Source: an uncultured Gemmatimonadales bacterium (GTDB lineage Bacteria > Gemmatimonadota > Gemmatimonadetes > Longimicrobiales > RSA9). From it: 64,000 nt of DNA. Made by a program: the position numbers and the translations under genes. Position 1 is the first letter of the stretch; the number at the start of each line of letters is the position of its first letter. The stretch is taken from NCBI GenBank assembly GCA_963798845.1, contig CAWCUS010000001.1:416001-480000 (forward strand), given 5' to 3'. Shown here in pieces: positions 53,265-63,094 of this stretch. The notes under the pieces were generated by a model. The model saw nothing but the letters and a program-made list of their open reading frames with translations, was not told the origin of the DNA and searched no databases.

Positions 53265-55754
53265 ATGCACCGACTGCTTGCCGGCGCGCTGCTGCTCGGC
53301 TCCCTCTCAGGCTGCGCGCACGCCGGAGGCGGCGCCCCGACGGCCCCCTCGGCACCGAAGTCGCTGCCCTCCATCGCCTCGAAGACCGCGGGGCTGCAGC
53401 AGCTGCCCGGGTTCCTTCCCCTTTACTGGGACGAGGCGGAGGGGAAGCTCTGGATGGAGGTGCCGGAGCCGGGCACGGAGCTGCTGTACGTGGAAGCGCT
53501 CACGGCGGGCGTCGGGTCCAACGACATCGGCCTGGACCGCGCGCAGCTCGGCCGGACTCGCGTGATCCGGTTCGACCGCATGGGCCGCAAGCTGCTGGTC
53601 GTCGAGCCGAATTACGAATACCGCGCGGTGAGCGAGAACCCGGCGGAGCGGCGGGCAGTGGAGGATGCATTCGCGCGCTCGATCCTGTGGGGCTTCCCGA
53701 TCGCAGCGGAGACCGATGGCCGGGTGCTGGTGGACGCCACGGACTTCCTGATCCGGGACGTCCACGGCGTGGCGCAGCAGCTGAAGCAGACGCACCAGGG
53801 GAGCTACAAGCTCGACAGCGCCCGCAGCGTCATCGACCTGGACCGTACCCGCGCGTTTCCGCGCAACACCGAGGTGGAGGTCATCCTCACCTTCGAAGGC
53901 GAGCCCACGGGCGGCTGGATCCGCTCGGTCACCCCTTCGCCGGAAGCGGTGAGCGTGCGCGAACGCCATTCCTTCGTGCACCTGCCCCCGCCCGGGTACC
54001 AGCCGCGCCGCTTCGACCCGCGCGCCGGGTACTTCGACGTCACGTGGAAGGACTACGCCGCGCCGCTTGGCGAGCCGCTGGAGCAGCGGTTCATCGCCCG
54101 CCACAGGCTGGAGAAGAAGGACCCGACGGCAGCCGTGAGCGAGCCAGTGGAGCCGATCGTCTACTATGTCGACCCGGGTGTGCCGGAGCCGATCCGCTCC
54201 GCGCTCGTGGAAGGCGCGAGCTGGTGGAACCAGGCGTTCGAGGCGGCCGGGTACCGTAACGCGTTCCAGGTGAGGGTGCTGCCGGACACGGCCGACGCCA
54301 TGGACGTCCGCTACAACATGATCAACTGGGTGCACCGGTCGACGCGCGGCTGGAGCTACGGCAGCTCGGTCACCGACCCGCGCACCGGGGAGATCATCAA
54401 GGGGCAGGTCCTGCTCGGCTCGCTGCGCGCGCGACAGGACTACCTGCTGGCCGAGGGGTTGCTCTCGCCGTACGACTCCACGGGTGATGTCCCGCCCGCC
54501 ATGCGAGAGCTGGCCCTGGCGCGCATCCGGCAGCTTTCGGCACACGAGGTCGGCCACACGCTCGGGCTGGCCCACAACTACATCGCCAGCACGGAGGGCC
54601 GGGCTTCCGTCATGGACTATCCGCACCCGCTGGTCAAGCTCGCGCCGGACGGCACCATCGACCTGTCCAATGCGTACGACACCGGAATCGGCGAGTGGGA
54701 CAGGGTCACCATCGCCTACGGCTACTCGGATTTCCCGGACAGCACCGACGAGAAGGCTGCGCTGAAGCAGATCATCTCCGACGCCCGGGCGCGCGGGCTC
54801 ATCTTCCTGACCGACCAGGACGCGCGGCCGGCGGGGAGCGCGCACCCCCAGACGCACCTGTGGGACAACGGCACCGACGCCGCGAGCGAGCTGCGCCGCA
54901 TGCTCGCCGTGCGGAAAGCCGCGCTGGATCGTTTCGGAGAGCGGGCCATCCGCATGGGGATGCCGCTGGCCACCATGGAAGAGGCGCTCGTTCCGCTCTA
55001 CCTGCACCACCGCTACCAGGTCGAAGCGGCCACCAAGGTGATCGGGGGGAAGTACTACACGTTCGCCATGAGGGGGGACGGACAGGCCCCGGTTCGCCGC
55101 GTCCCGGCCGCCCAGCAGGAGGCGGCGCTTTCGGCGGTGCTCGAGACGCTAGCCCCCGCCGTGCTGGCCCTCCCGACGCGACTCGTGGACCTCATCCCTC
55201 CGCGGCCCGCGGGGTTCCCGTCGCACCAGGAGCTGTTCGACCGGTACACGGGGATCACCTTCGACGCCGTTTCCCCCGCTGCGGCCGCCGCCGACCTCAC
55301 GCTCACCTTCCTCCTCGATCCCGAGCGAGCAGCCCGTCTGGTGGAGCAGCACGCGCTCGACCCGTCGCTGCCAGGGCTCCAGGACGTGCTCGGACGCCTC
55401 GAGCGCGCCTCCTTCGGCGCCGCCACCGGCAGCCCGTACGAGGCGGAGATCAGGCGTGTGGTGGAGGAAGCCGTGGTCGAACGGCTCATGCGGCTCGCCG
55501 CCAGCGCGCCCATGCCGCAGGTCCGCTCCGGAAGCGAGCTGGAGCTGCGGGGTCTCCATGACCGGCTGCAGGCCCGGGGCCGCGGCGCGCCCGTCGAGGA
55601 GCGGGCCACCGACCTCCGGCTCGCGGGCGACATCCAGCGCTTCCTGGACCGCCCCGCGGCCCCGTGGTCACCCGCTCAGCCGGTCCCGGCGCCACCAGGC
55701 AGCCCGATCGGGGGCGGGAGCGACTTCATTCAACTTCCGGACGGAACGCCATGA
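53265..55754 (+). CDS. Zinc-dependent metalloprotease lipoprotein (DUF5117/DUF4953, EcxA-like)
   Basis: Lipobox LSGC; PIVYYVDPG, DPRTGEII, AHEVGHTLGLAHN, SVMDY Met-turn. Confidence 0.9.
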   Translation: MHRLLAGALLLGSLSGCAHAGGGAPTAPSAPKSLPSIASKTAGLQQLPGFLPLYWDEAEGKLWMEVPEPGTELLYVEALTAGVGSNDIGLDRAQLGRTRVIRFDRMGRKLLVVEPNYEYRAVSENPAERRAVEDAFARSILWGFPIAAETDGRVLVDATDFLIRDVHGVAQQLKQTHQGSYKLDSARSVIDLDRTRAFPRNTEVEVILTFEGEPTGGWIRSVTPSPEAVSVRERHSFVHLPPPGYQPRRFDPRAGYFDVTWKDYAAPLGEPLEQRFIARHRLEKKDPTAAVSEPVEPIVYYVDPGVPEPIRSALVEGASWWNQAFEAAGYRNAFQVRVLPDTADAMDVRYNMINWVHRSTRGWSYGSSVTDPRTGEIIKGQVLLGSLRARQDYLLAEGLLSPYDSTGDVPPAMRELALARIRQLSAHEVGHTLGLAHNYIASTEGRASVMDYPHPLVKLAPDGTIDLSNAYDTGIGEWDRVTIAYGYSDFPDSTDEKAALKQIISDARARGLIFLTDQDARPAGSAHPQTHLWDNGTDAASELRRMLAVRKAALDRFGERAIRMGMPLATMEEALVPLYLHHRYQVEAATKVIGGKYYTFAMRGDGQAPVRRVPAAQQEAALSAVLETLAPAVLALPTRLVDLIPPRPAGFPSHQELFDRYTGITFDAVSPAAAAADLTLTFLLDPERAARLVEQHALDPSLPGLQDVLGRLERASFGAATGSPYEAEIRRVVEEAVVERLMRLAASAPMPQVRSGSELELRGLHDRLQARGRGAPVEERATDLRLAGDIQRFLDRPAAPWSPAQPVPAPPGSPIGGGSDFIQLPDGTP

Positions 55755-56137
55755 GCAACATCCTCTTTCACGCCCACTCCGGGCTGCGCTACCTCGTCCT
55801 GCTGAGCGCCGTGGTCGCGTTCGGCTACGCCCTCGTACGCTGGATTCAGCACGCGCCCGAAGCCGGTGCCGGACGTGCGCTGACCGCCGCGTTCGTCGGC
55901 GTTCTCGATCTCCAGATACTGCTCGGGATCACGCTCGTCTTCTTCCGCCCCTGGTTCCCCGCCCTGGCCGGCCACATCGCCATGATGGTCCTCGCCGCCG
56001 GGGCGGCGCACTCCACGAGCGTCCTCGCTCGGCGGACGACCGGCGAAGGAGCGCACCGGATCGCGGCGATCGGCATCGGCGTGACGATCCTGCTCATCGT
56101 GGCGGGAATCCTGTCCATCGGCCGCGCCGTGGTCTGA
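55751..56137 (+). CDS. Four-TM membrane protein (His-containing, cytochrome b-like DUF)
   Basis: HAHSGLRYLVLL, LDLQILLG, GHIAMM..AH; ATGA overlap with the upstream gene. Confidence 0.65.
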   Translation: MSNILFHAHSGLRYLVLLSAVVAFGYALVRWIQHAPEAGAGRALTAAFVGVLDLQILLGITLVFFRPWFPALAGHIAMMVLAAGAAHSTSVLARRTTGEGAHRIAAIGIGVTILLIVAGILSIGRAVV

Positions 56138-56157
56138 GGGTCTCGGGGCCGATGCAG

Positions 56158-56192
56158 AGCGCCCCGCCGGCAGCGTGCCGGCGGGGCGCTTT
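56158..56192. terminator. Intrinsic terminator-like hairpin between convergent genes
   Basis: AGCGCCCCGCCGGCA-GCG-TGCCGGCGGGGCGCT 15-bp stem followed by a short T run. Confidence 0.65.
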
Positions 56193-56215
56193 CACTGCCT
56201 CCCGCTCGACGCCCG

Positions 56216-57586
56216 TCAGTGCCCACCGCCGCCATCGCCGCCACCACCCGGCTTGGACGGCTTGGAGGAAGGCTTGGGCGTCGAAGGTCGCGGCGCCGGC
56301 GTCGCCCGAGGCGGCGGCGAGGACCGCTCCACTCGCGGCGGCGAGGAGCGGGGCTCCGTCGACGGCGAGGCCGCGCGCTGCGGCTTGGGCTTGCTCCGCT
56401 CCACGCGCGGCGTGACCGCGCGGGGCTCGGCTCGTGGCTCCGACGGGCGGTCCACGCGTGGCGGCGCTTCGACCGCCGACGGGGCCGCCTTCTCACCTCG
56501 CGACGGGAACATGTCCGGCAGGGTGGGACCGGCTCGTTCCGGCGTGTCGGGATCTCCGAGCGTGCGCCGGCCAGCGGCGTCGTCCGCCGAGCCGTCGTCG
56601 GCCCGCTTTGGGACCGGACCGCGGAGCACCGGTCGCTCCTTGCTCACGCGCTCTCCGGCGCCTGGTAGCAGCGAGCCTCGATCCCCGAGCGTGCCCGTCC
56701 TTTCTTCGGTGCCGCGCAGCGGGGGCCGCGTCTTCTCCGTGCCGTCCCTGCCGCCGTTCCGATCGATCACGCCGCCCACGCGACGCGCGGGCACGCCGTC
56801 GTCGCTGGACCCTTCGGCCACCCAGCCGGGCGGGACCCCCGGGCGCTTGGGCAGCTTGTCCTTGATCCTGGGCAGCGGCCTGGTGCTGTCCGCCGGCGGC
56901 TGCGTCCGGTCCTGCTTCGGGCACACCACCCAGCCGGCGTAGTAGGCGTCAGTGGGCACGGAGAGGATGATGCCGTTGCCGCAGTTCACCCAGACGTACT
57001 GGCGCTGCATGCCGTACGGGCTGTACCACAGGTTGGTGGGCCAGACCACGTGGTACGCCACGGTCCAGTCCGTGACGCCGGGGTTCGGCACGATCTCCTG
57101 CGCCAGCAGGTCCGCCGCGTGGTACGGGCTCATGGTGGCGAGCCGGTGCTGGAGCCACGGCGCGTACCCCGTCGCCATGAACGCCGCCACGTCCATGGCT
57201 CGCTCCGAGGCGATCAGGACGATGTACGTGGGTCCCGCCCCGTAGACCAGCGACTGGTTGCTGGCGAATCGCATCGACGACGTCGCGGTCCGGACATCGT
57301 GGCGGCCGCTGGCGAAGCGCTGCTGGCCGCCGTAGCCGATGGCCGGGTAGATCATGCGCAGGCTGCTGCCCGGCTGTATTGCGAAGATGGCCACGTGGGC
57401 GGGGCGGTTGACGTCAAACGACGCAAAGCCGTTGTACTCGTCGTACCAGATGGACGCTTGCAGCGGCATGTCGTAGCCGCCGACGCCGTACGCCGGGGTG
57501 GCGTAGCCATCCGGGCCCGCGCCAACGGTGCGCGGCGCATAACACGCGGACACGCCCAGGAGGAGGAGCGGGAGCATGGTTCGCAT
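56216..57586 (-). CDS. Lipoprotein with DUF4384-like domain and long Pro/Arg/Ser-rich disordered tail
   Basis: MRTMLPLLLLGVSAC lipobox; FDVNRPAHVAIFAI..LRMIYP, YIVLIASE; GGAGG RBS. Confidence 0.6.
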   Translation of the reverse strand: MRTMLPLLLLGVSACYAPRTVGAGPDGYATPAYGVGGYDMPLQASIWYDEYNGFASFDVNRPAHVAIFAIQPGSSLRMIYPAIGYGGQQRFASGRHDVRTATSSMRFASNQSLVYGAGPTYIVLIASERAMDVAAFMATGYAPWLQHRLATMSPYHAADLLAQEIVPNPGVTDWTVAYHVVWPTNLWYSPYGMQRQYVWVNCGNGIILSVPTDAYYAGWVVCPKQDRTQPPADSTRPLPRIKDKLPKRPGVPPGWVAEGSSDDGVPARRVGGVIDRNGGRDGTEKTRPPLRGTEERTGTLGDRGSLLPGAGERVSKERPVLRGPVPKRADDGSADDAAGRRTLGDPDTPERAGPTLPDMFPSRGEKAAPSAVEAPPRVDRPSEPRAEPRAVTPRVERSKPKPQRAASPSTEPRSSPPRVERSSPPPRATPAPRPSTPKPSSKPSKPGGGGDGGGGH

Positions 57587-57766
57587 GGGATTCCTCCGGG
57601 TCAGGTTCATCGAAACTACATCTCCTCCCGTCGGATGGTTCCATCTGTCATGAAATATAGGGCATCGCCGCCCGGACGGCAGGGTCGTTGCAGCGATCGT
57701 CAGATGCGGGCGGGGTCGCGCGGAGGCGGGCCCGCCCGGCCCAACCGACACGGAGGAGGTCCCCCA

Positions 57767-58048
57767 GTGCCACGGGAAAGCGGCAAGGTCAAATGGTTCT
57801 CGGACGCCAAGGGCTACGGCTTCATCGAGTCCGAATCCGGCGACGACGTCTTCGTCCACCACACGTCCATCGAGGGCAACGGGTACAAGACGCTGAGCGA
57901 AGGCGAGCGCGTGGAGTACGAGGTGGTGGAGGAGCCGAAGGGGCGGAAGGCGCGGGACGTGGTCCGGCTGGACGCCGCGGGCGACGCATCCGATCCCCGG
58001 CGGGACCGGGCGATCCAGAGCCCCATGGACCACAAGCCGCGGCGCTAG
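57767..58048 (+). CDS. Cold-shock protein (CspA family)
   Basis: GKVKWFSDAKGYGFI, DVFVHHTSI..GYKTLSEGERVEY; GGAGGAGG RBS, GTG start. Confidence 0.95.
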   Translation: MPRESGKVKWFSDAKGYGFIESESGDDVFVHHTSIEGNGYKTLSEGERVEYEVVEEPKGRKARDVVRLDAAGDASDPRRDRAIQSPMDHKPRR

Positions 58049-59156
58049 CGCGAGCCCGGGTCGGCGGCGTCGAAGAGCCCGAGCTGGCCGTCGGTACGGG
58101 GGCGCCGGAACGCCGTCGCGTCCAGCTCGATCCGGCCGTCCTCCAGGCCGCAGCGCCGGAGTGCGGCCCGGAACAGCTGGTGCAGCTGCTCCGCGTACGG
58201 CCCCTCTCCCTTCATGCGTGAGCCGAAGCGCGGGTCGTTGAGAGCGCCACCGCGGACTTCGCGGATGCGGTGCAGAACGCGTCCCTTCCGGTCCGGGAAA
58301 TGTGCCTCCAGCCAGTCGGCGAACAGCCCCTTCACCCCGTGCGGCAGCCGGACCACGAGCATGGAGGCGGCCACGGCGCCGGCCGCCGCGGCCGCCTCCA
58401 CCAGCGCGGGCACCTCCTCGTCCGTCAGGCCGGGGATCACAGGCGCGATCATGGCGCGCACGGGGACGCCCGCGTCGGTGAGCGCCCGCATGGCCTCCAG
58501 GCGGCGGGCGGGCGAAGACGTGCGCGGCTCCATCACCCGCTGGAGCTCGGGCCGTAGCGTGGTCAGCGACAGCGCCACGGTCGCGGCGCGGTGCGTCGCC
58601 AGATCGCCAAGCAGGTCAATGTCGCGGGTGACCAATGGTTCTTCGTGATCACGGAGACCGGGTGACGGAACTCCGCCAGCACTTCCAGGCAGGCGCGCGT
58701 GAGGCGTAGCCGCCGTTCGACAGGCTGGTACGGGTCGGTCACGCCGCTCAGGCCGATGGGGGACGGCTCCCAGCGCGGCGACGCGAGCGCCTTCCGCAGC
58801 AGCACCGGCGCGTCCTCCTTCACCAGGATCCGGGTCTCGAAGTCCAACCCGGCCGAAAAGCCCAGGTACTCGTGCGTGGGACGAGCGTAGCAGTAAATGC
58901 AGCCGTGCTCGCAGCCCCGGTACGGGTTCAGCATCCAGCTGCACGGCACGTCTGGGCTGTCGTTGCGGTTCAGGATGGAGCGCGAGGCGTCCCGAAAGAA
59001 CAGCGTGCGCGGCGCCGGGCCGTCCGGGTCCGTCCACGACTCGGTGGCCACCACGTGGAGCCGCTCGAAGCGGTTCGCCGGGTTGTCCGTGGCGCCCCGC
59101 CCCCGGAGCGCGCGGTCGGCCGCGGGCTGCCCCTCGGGCGCGCCGGTGCCCGTCAC
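58045..59156 (-). CDS. PA0069/Rv2578c-family radical SAM protein (SPL-like), one-base frameshift near 58635
   Basis: GRGATDNPANRF, NPYRGCEHGCIYCYARPTHEYLG, TDPYQP, ITKNH; continues in another frame as LVTRDIDLL..MEPRT..APVIPGLTD..QLGLF. Confidence 0.88.
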
Positions 59157-62100
59157 GAGCGCGCCCCCGACACCGCCGGAGGGGCCGCCGGGCGCTTGCG
59201 CGGCTCCATCTCACGGAATCGACTCGCCACCACGTTCAGCACGCGGCCCTCGCGCTCGAAGCGCCCCTGGACCAGAAGGAACGGCGAGTTGTTGATCGCC
59301 TCCCGGTATGCCTGGTACACGGGTGGCGGGATGATCACGTTGATGAAGCCGGTCTCGTCCTCCATCAGGATGAACACCGTGCCGTTGGCAGTGGCCGGGT
59401 GCTGCCGGGCGACGACCAGCCCCGCCACCACCACGGGCGCCCGGTCCGGCACGTCCGGCAGCTCGGCGGAGCCGACCACGCCATAGTCCTTCAGCCGCGG
59501 CCGGATGTGCTCCATCGGGTGACCGGCCACGGAGATGCCGGTGGCCAGGTAGTCGAGGAAGATGAGGTCCTCGTCGTCCATCTCATCGGGCCGGAACGGG
59601 AGCCGGCGGGCGGGAGCCAGCGGGAGCGTGTCGCCCGCGGCGCGCAGCGCTTCCCACGCCGCCTTCCGACGCCCCGGCTCGAAAGCCTCGAACGCGCCGG
59701 CCCTCGCCAGGTGCAGCGCGTCCGCGCGGGTGAGGCCGGCGCGCCGGACCACGTCGGCCACGGAAGTGATCGGGCCACCGGCGCCCGCCCGCTGAAGCCG
59801 GTCCCGGGCCTCCTCGCCCAGCCCCCGGATGTGCTTCCAGCCGATGCGGACGGCCGGCTGGCGGTCCGCGGAGCCGCCGACGCCGCCGACGGACGCCCGA
59901 TCGGCCCGGTGGGCGGCCGTGGCCCAGTCGCCGGCGGCACCGTCGTCGCCCGGCTCCAGCGTGCAGTCCCACTGGCCGTGGCGGAGGCAGGGCGGGCGGA
60001 CCTCCACGCCGTTGCGGCGGGCCTCGTGGACCAGCGTGGCCGGCGGGTAGAAGCCCATGGGCCACGCGTTCAGCAGCGCCATGAGGAAGTCGGCCGGGTA
60101 ATGCGCCTTCAGGTACGCGGTGGCGTACGCGATGAGGGCGAAGCTCCAGGCGTGGCTCTCGGGGAAGCCGTAGTTGGAGAAGGAGTAGAGGTCGTCCGTG
60201 ATCCGCTCGGCGTTCTCCGGCGACACGCCGTTCCCGGTCATCCGCTCCTTCAGCCGCTGGATGGCCGCGTGCAGCTTCGGCAGCTTGCGACGGTGCCCCA
60301 TGGCGCGCCGGAGCTCGTCCGCCTCCGCGGCCGTGAAGCCGCCCAGCGCCATGGAGATGGCCATGGCCTGCTCCTGGAAGATCGGGATGCCGTACGTGCG
60401 CCGGAGGATCGGCTTCAGCCGCTCGTCCAGGTACTCCACCTCCTCCAGCCCGAGCCGGCGACGCGTGTAGGGGCGGACGAACCGGGCCTGGATCGGACCC
60501 GGGCGGATCAGCGCCACCTGGACCACGATGTCGTACAGCCGCCGCGGCTGCGTCTGGAGGATGGACTGGATCTGCGCCCGGGACTCGATCTGGAACGTGC
60601 CCAGCGTGTCCCCGCGGCCGATCATGTCGTACGTGGCCGGATCGTCCACGGGGAGGTCGTAGAGCGCCATCTCCCGGCCGGTGCGCGCGCGGATGGCGTC
60701 GAACGCCTTGTGCACGACGCTGAGGCCACCCAGCCCCAGGAAGTCGAACTTCGGCACGCCCGCGGCGTCCAGGTCGTCCTTGTCGAACTGGAGGATGGTG
60801 CGCCCCATCGTCGTCTCCTCGATGGGGAGGAACTCGCCCAGTGGCGCGCTGGACAGGACGAAGCCGCCCGGGTGCGTCGAGCGGAGCCGCGGAACGTCGT
60901 CGAGCGAGCGGAGCGCGGACAGCAGCGCCCGCCCCTTCGGCGACGCCGTGTCCACCCCGAACTGCGCGGCCAGCCCCGCGGTCAGCTCCTCCGCCGCCTC
61001 CGCCGGCTCCCGGCCGTGCAGCCGCTTGCTGAGATTGAACGCCGTCTCCGCCGGCCAGCCCAGGGCCCGCATGCAGTCCTGGATGGCCGTGGGCGCGTGG
61101 AAGACCTGCGTCACGGCCGTGATGGCGGCGTGCTGCCGGCCGTAGCGCGTGTACATGTAGTCCAGGACCTCCTCGCGCCGGTGCATCTCGAAATCCACGT
61201 CAATGTCCGGCGCCTCCGTCAGCCCGTCGGTGCGCACCTCGCTGAGAAAGCGCTCGAAGAGCAGCCCGTGGCGCACCGGGTCGACCGCGGTGATCTCGAG
61301 GCAGAAGGCCACGGCGGAGTTCGCCGCGCTCCCCCGACCCTGGCACAGGATCCCCCGCGACCTCGCCTCCCGCACCGCGTCCCACATGACCAGGAAGAAG
61401 CCCGAGAAGCCCAGCCGGTCGATCACCCCCAGCTCGTGCTCCAGCTGCGCCCGCTGGCGCGCGTCCAGCTCACCCCAGCGCTTCTCCGCGCCCCGGAACG
61501 TCAGCTCCCGCAGCCACGAGCCGTCCGTCTGGCCTCGGGGCACCGGAAACTTCGGCAGCGGCGGACGCACCCACCTCAAGTCGAACGCGCACGCCTCCGC
61601 GATGGCCGCAGAAGTCTCCAGCCCCGCTTCCCGCCCCTTCCACAGCGTGCCCATCTCCGCCGGGCTCTTGAGCCGCCACTCCCCGTTCGGGTGCAGCACC
61701 CCCCAGCTCGCCGCCGTGTCGATGTCCAGGTCGGCCCGCAGCGCCGTGAGGAGGTCGTGCACCAGGCGGGTGCCGCCGTCCACGTAGCGCGGGTCGTTCG
61801 TCGCCACCCACGGCACCCCCTGCCGCTCCGCCAGCTCGATCAGCGCTCCCACCAGTGCGCCCTCCTCCCCCGACACGTGGTGCAGCCCCACTTCCACCGC
61901 CAACCGTCCCGGGAACAGCTCCCGCAACCGCGACAGCAGGAACACCGCCTCCTCCGGCCGACCCTGCCGCAGCATGCTCGCCAGCTCCCCCTCCGCGGGG
62001 CCCGTCAGCAGGTGCAGCCCACCGGTCCGCCCCTCCAGATCCGACAGGGTGAGAAGCGGCTGACCGCGCGGAGGGATCGGATCCCCCGCCTCCATGCCCG

Positions 62101-62760
62101 TGCGAGTGCCGTGCCAGCGCCCGTGCGAGTGCCCGTGCTCGTGCGGGTGCGTGCCCCCGCCCGGCTACCGCCGCGGGTGACGGCCCGGGCATCGCCGCGG
62201 GTGCCGGCCCGGCTGGCGCCCGGCGAGGCGGCGAGCGGTCGTCGCCGAGAGGTCACCGCCGTCGCCCGCGTGCGAACCCGCCCGTCCCGGTCCAGGTGCA
62301 GACCCGCCCCCGGTGCCCGCCTCGCGCTCCCGGAATCCGGGTACCACCCCGACCCGGAAGCGGAGCTCGACCCCGGAGCGGAGCTCGACCCCGGAGCGGA
62401 GCCGTCCCCCTCCTCCGCATAGATCGCTACCCGCTCCGCCTTCTCCGCGAGCCACGCCCCCCAGTCCCCCATGCGGCTCCGCGTCACCAGCCCCGCCAGG
62501 TTGCGGAATCCCTCCCGGTCCGAGGCCAGCAGCGCCAGCGGATGCCCGTCCACCACCAGCTCTGCCCCCACCACCGGCCGGATTCCCGCGCTCCCCGCCG
62601 CCAGTGCGAAGCGGATCACTCCGCCCAGGTCCGAGCAGTCCGTCAGCCCGAGCGACCCATGCCCTTGCCCGGCCGCCGCCCGGACCAGCGTCTCGGGTGT
62701 GGCCGAGCCATCGCCGAAGGAGAAGGCGGAGTGCGCGCGAAGCTCGGTGAATCCGGTCAT
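59153..62760 (-). CDS. dnaE2: Error-prone DNA polymerase DnaE2, one-base frameshift near 62109
   Basis: PHP start [14 protein letters not shown] (62760 frame); [45 protein letters not shown] (62095 frame). Confidence 0.92.
62350..62403. repeat. 18-bp tandem repeat x3 inside the dnaE2 PHP-domain insertion
   Basis: CGACCCGGAAGCGGAGCT / CGACCCCGGAGCGGAGCT / CGACCCCGGAGCGGAGCC, encoding [18 protein letters not shown]. Confidence 0.8.
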
Positions 62761-62907
62761 GGCCTCCCCTGCACCGGCTGCGCGCCCGCCCGTGCCGGGA
62801 GGCTGCGCCTGCGATTGGCGGCTCCGGAACGACGCACCACGCCATTCCCCCGCGGGGATGGAGGGCTTGGCCGATACGAAGGCCGCCGGCGAGCGGCGGC
62901 CCCGAAG

Positions 62908-62962
62908 CCGAAGGTTTACCGAAACAAAGAATGGCATCACCCAGAACCGAAAACAACCCGAA
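62908..62962. promoter_or_regulatory. Two CCGAA-N6-CCGAA direct repeats upstream of dnaE2 (candidate SOS/LexA-type boxes)
   Basis: CCGAAggtttaCCGAA (62908-62923) and CCGAAaacaacCCGAA (62947-62962) in an AT-rich promoter-like stretch. Confidence 0.55.
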
Positions 62963-63094
62963 AGGCGGCGGCGGGGTCTTTGCCCGGAATGCCGCGCGCG
63001 TTATGCTAATCGCACCGCGGTCTGGAGGCCGCGGCACCCATCATCCACGCCGCAGGTCGTCCCGCAGGCGACGCAACATCCCGGAGGTTCTTGC

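Noticed and set aside
62075..62470. Intein or intron in dnaE2
   Set aside because: The insertion is low-complexity, with no Cys/Ser-start...His-Asn splice motifs, no homing endonuclease and no intron-like features.
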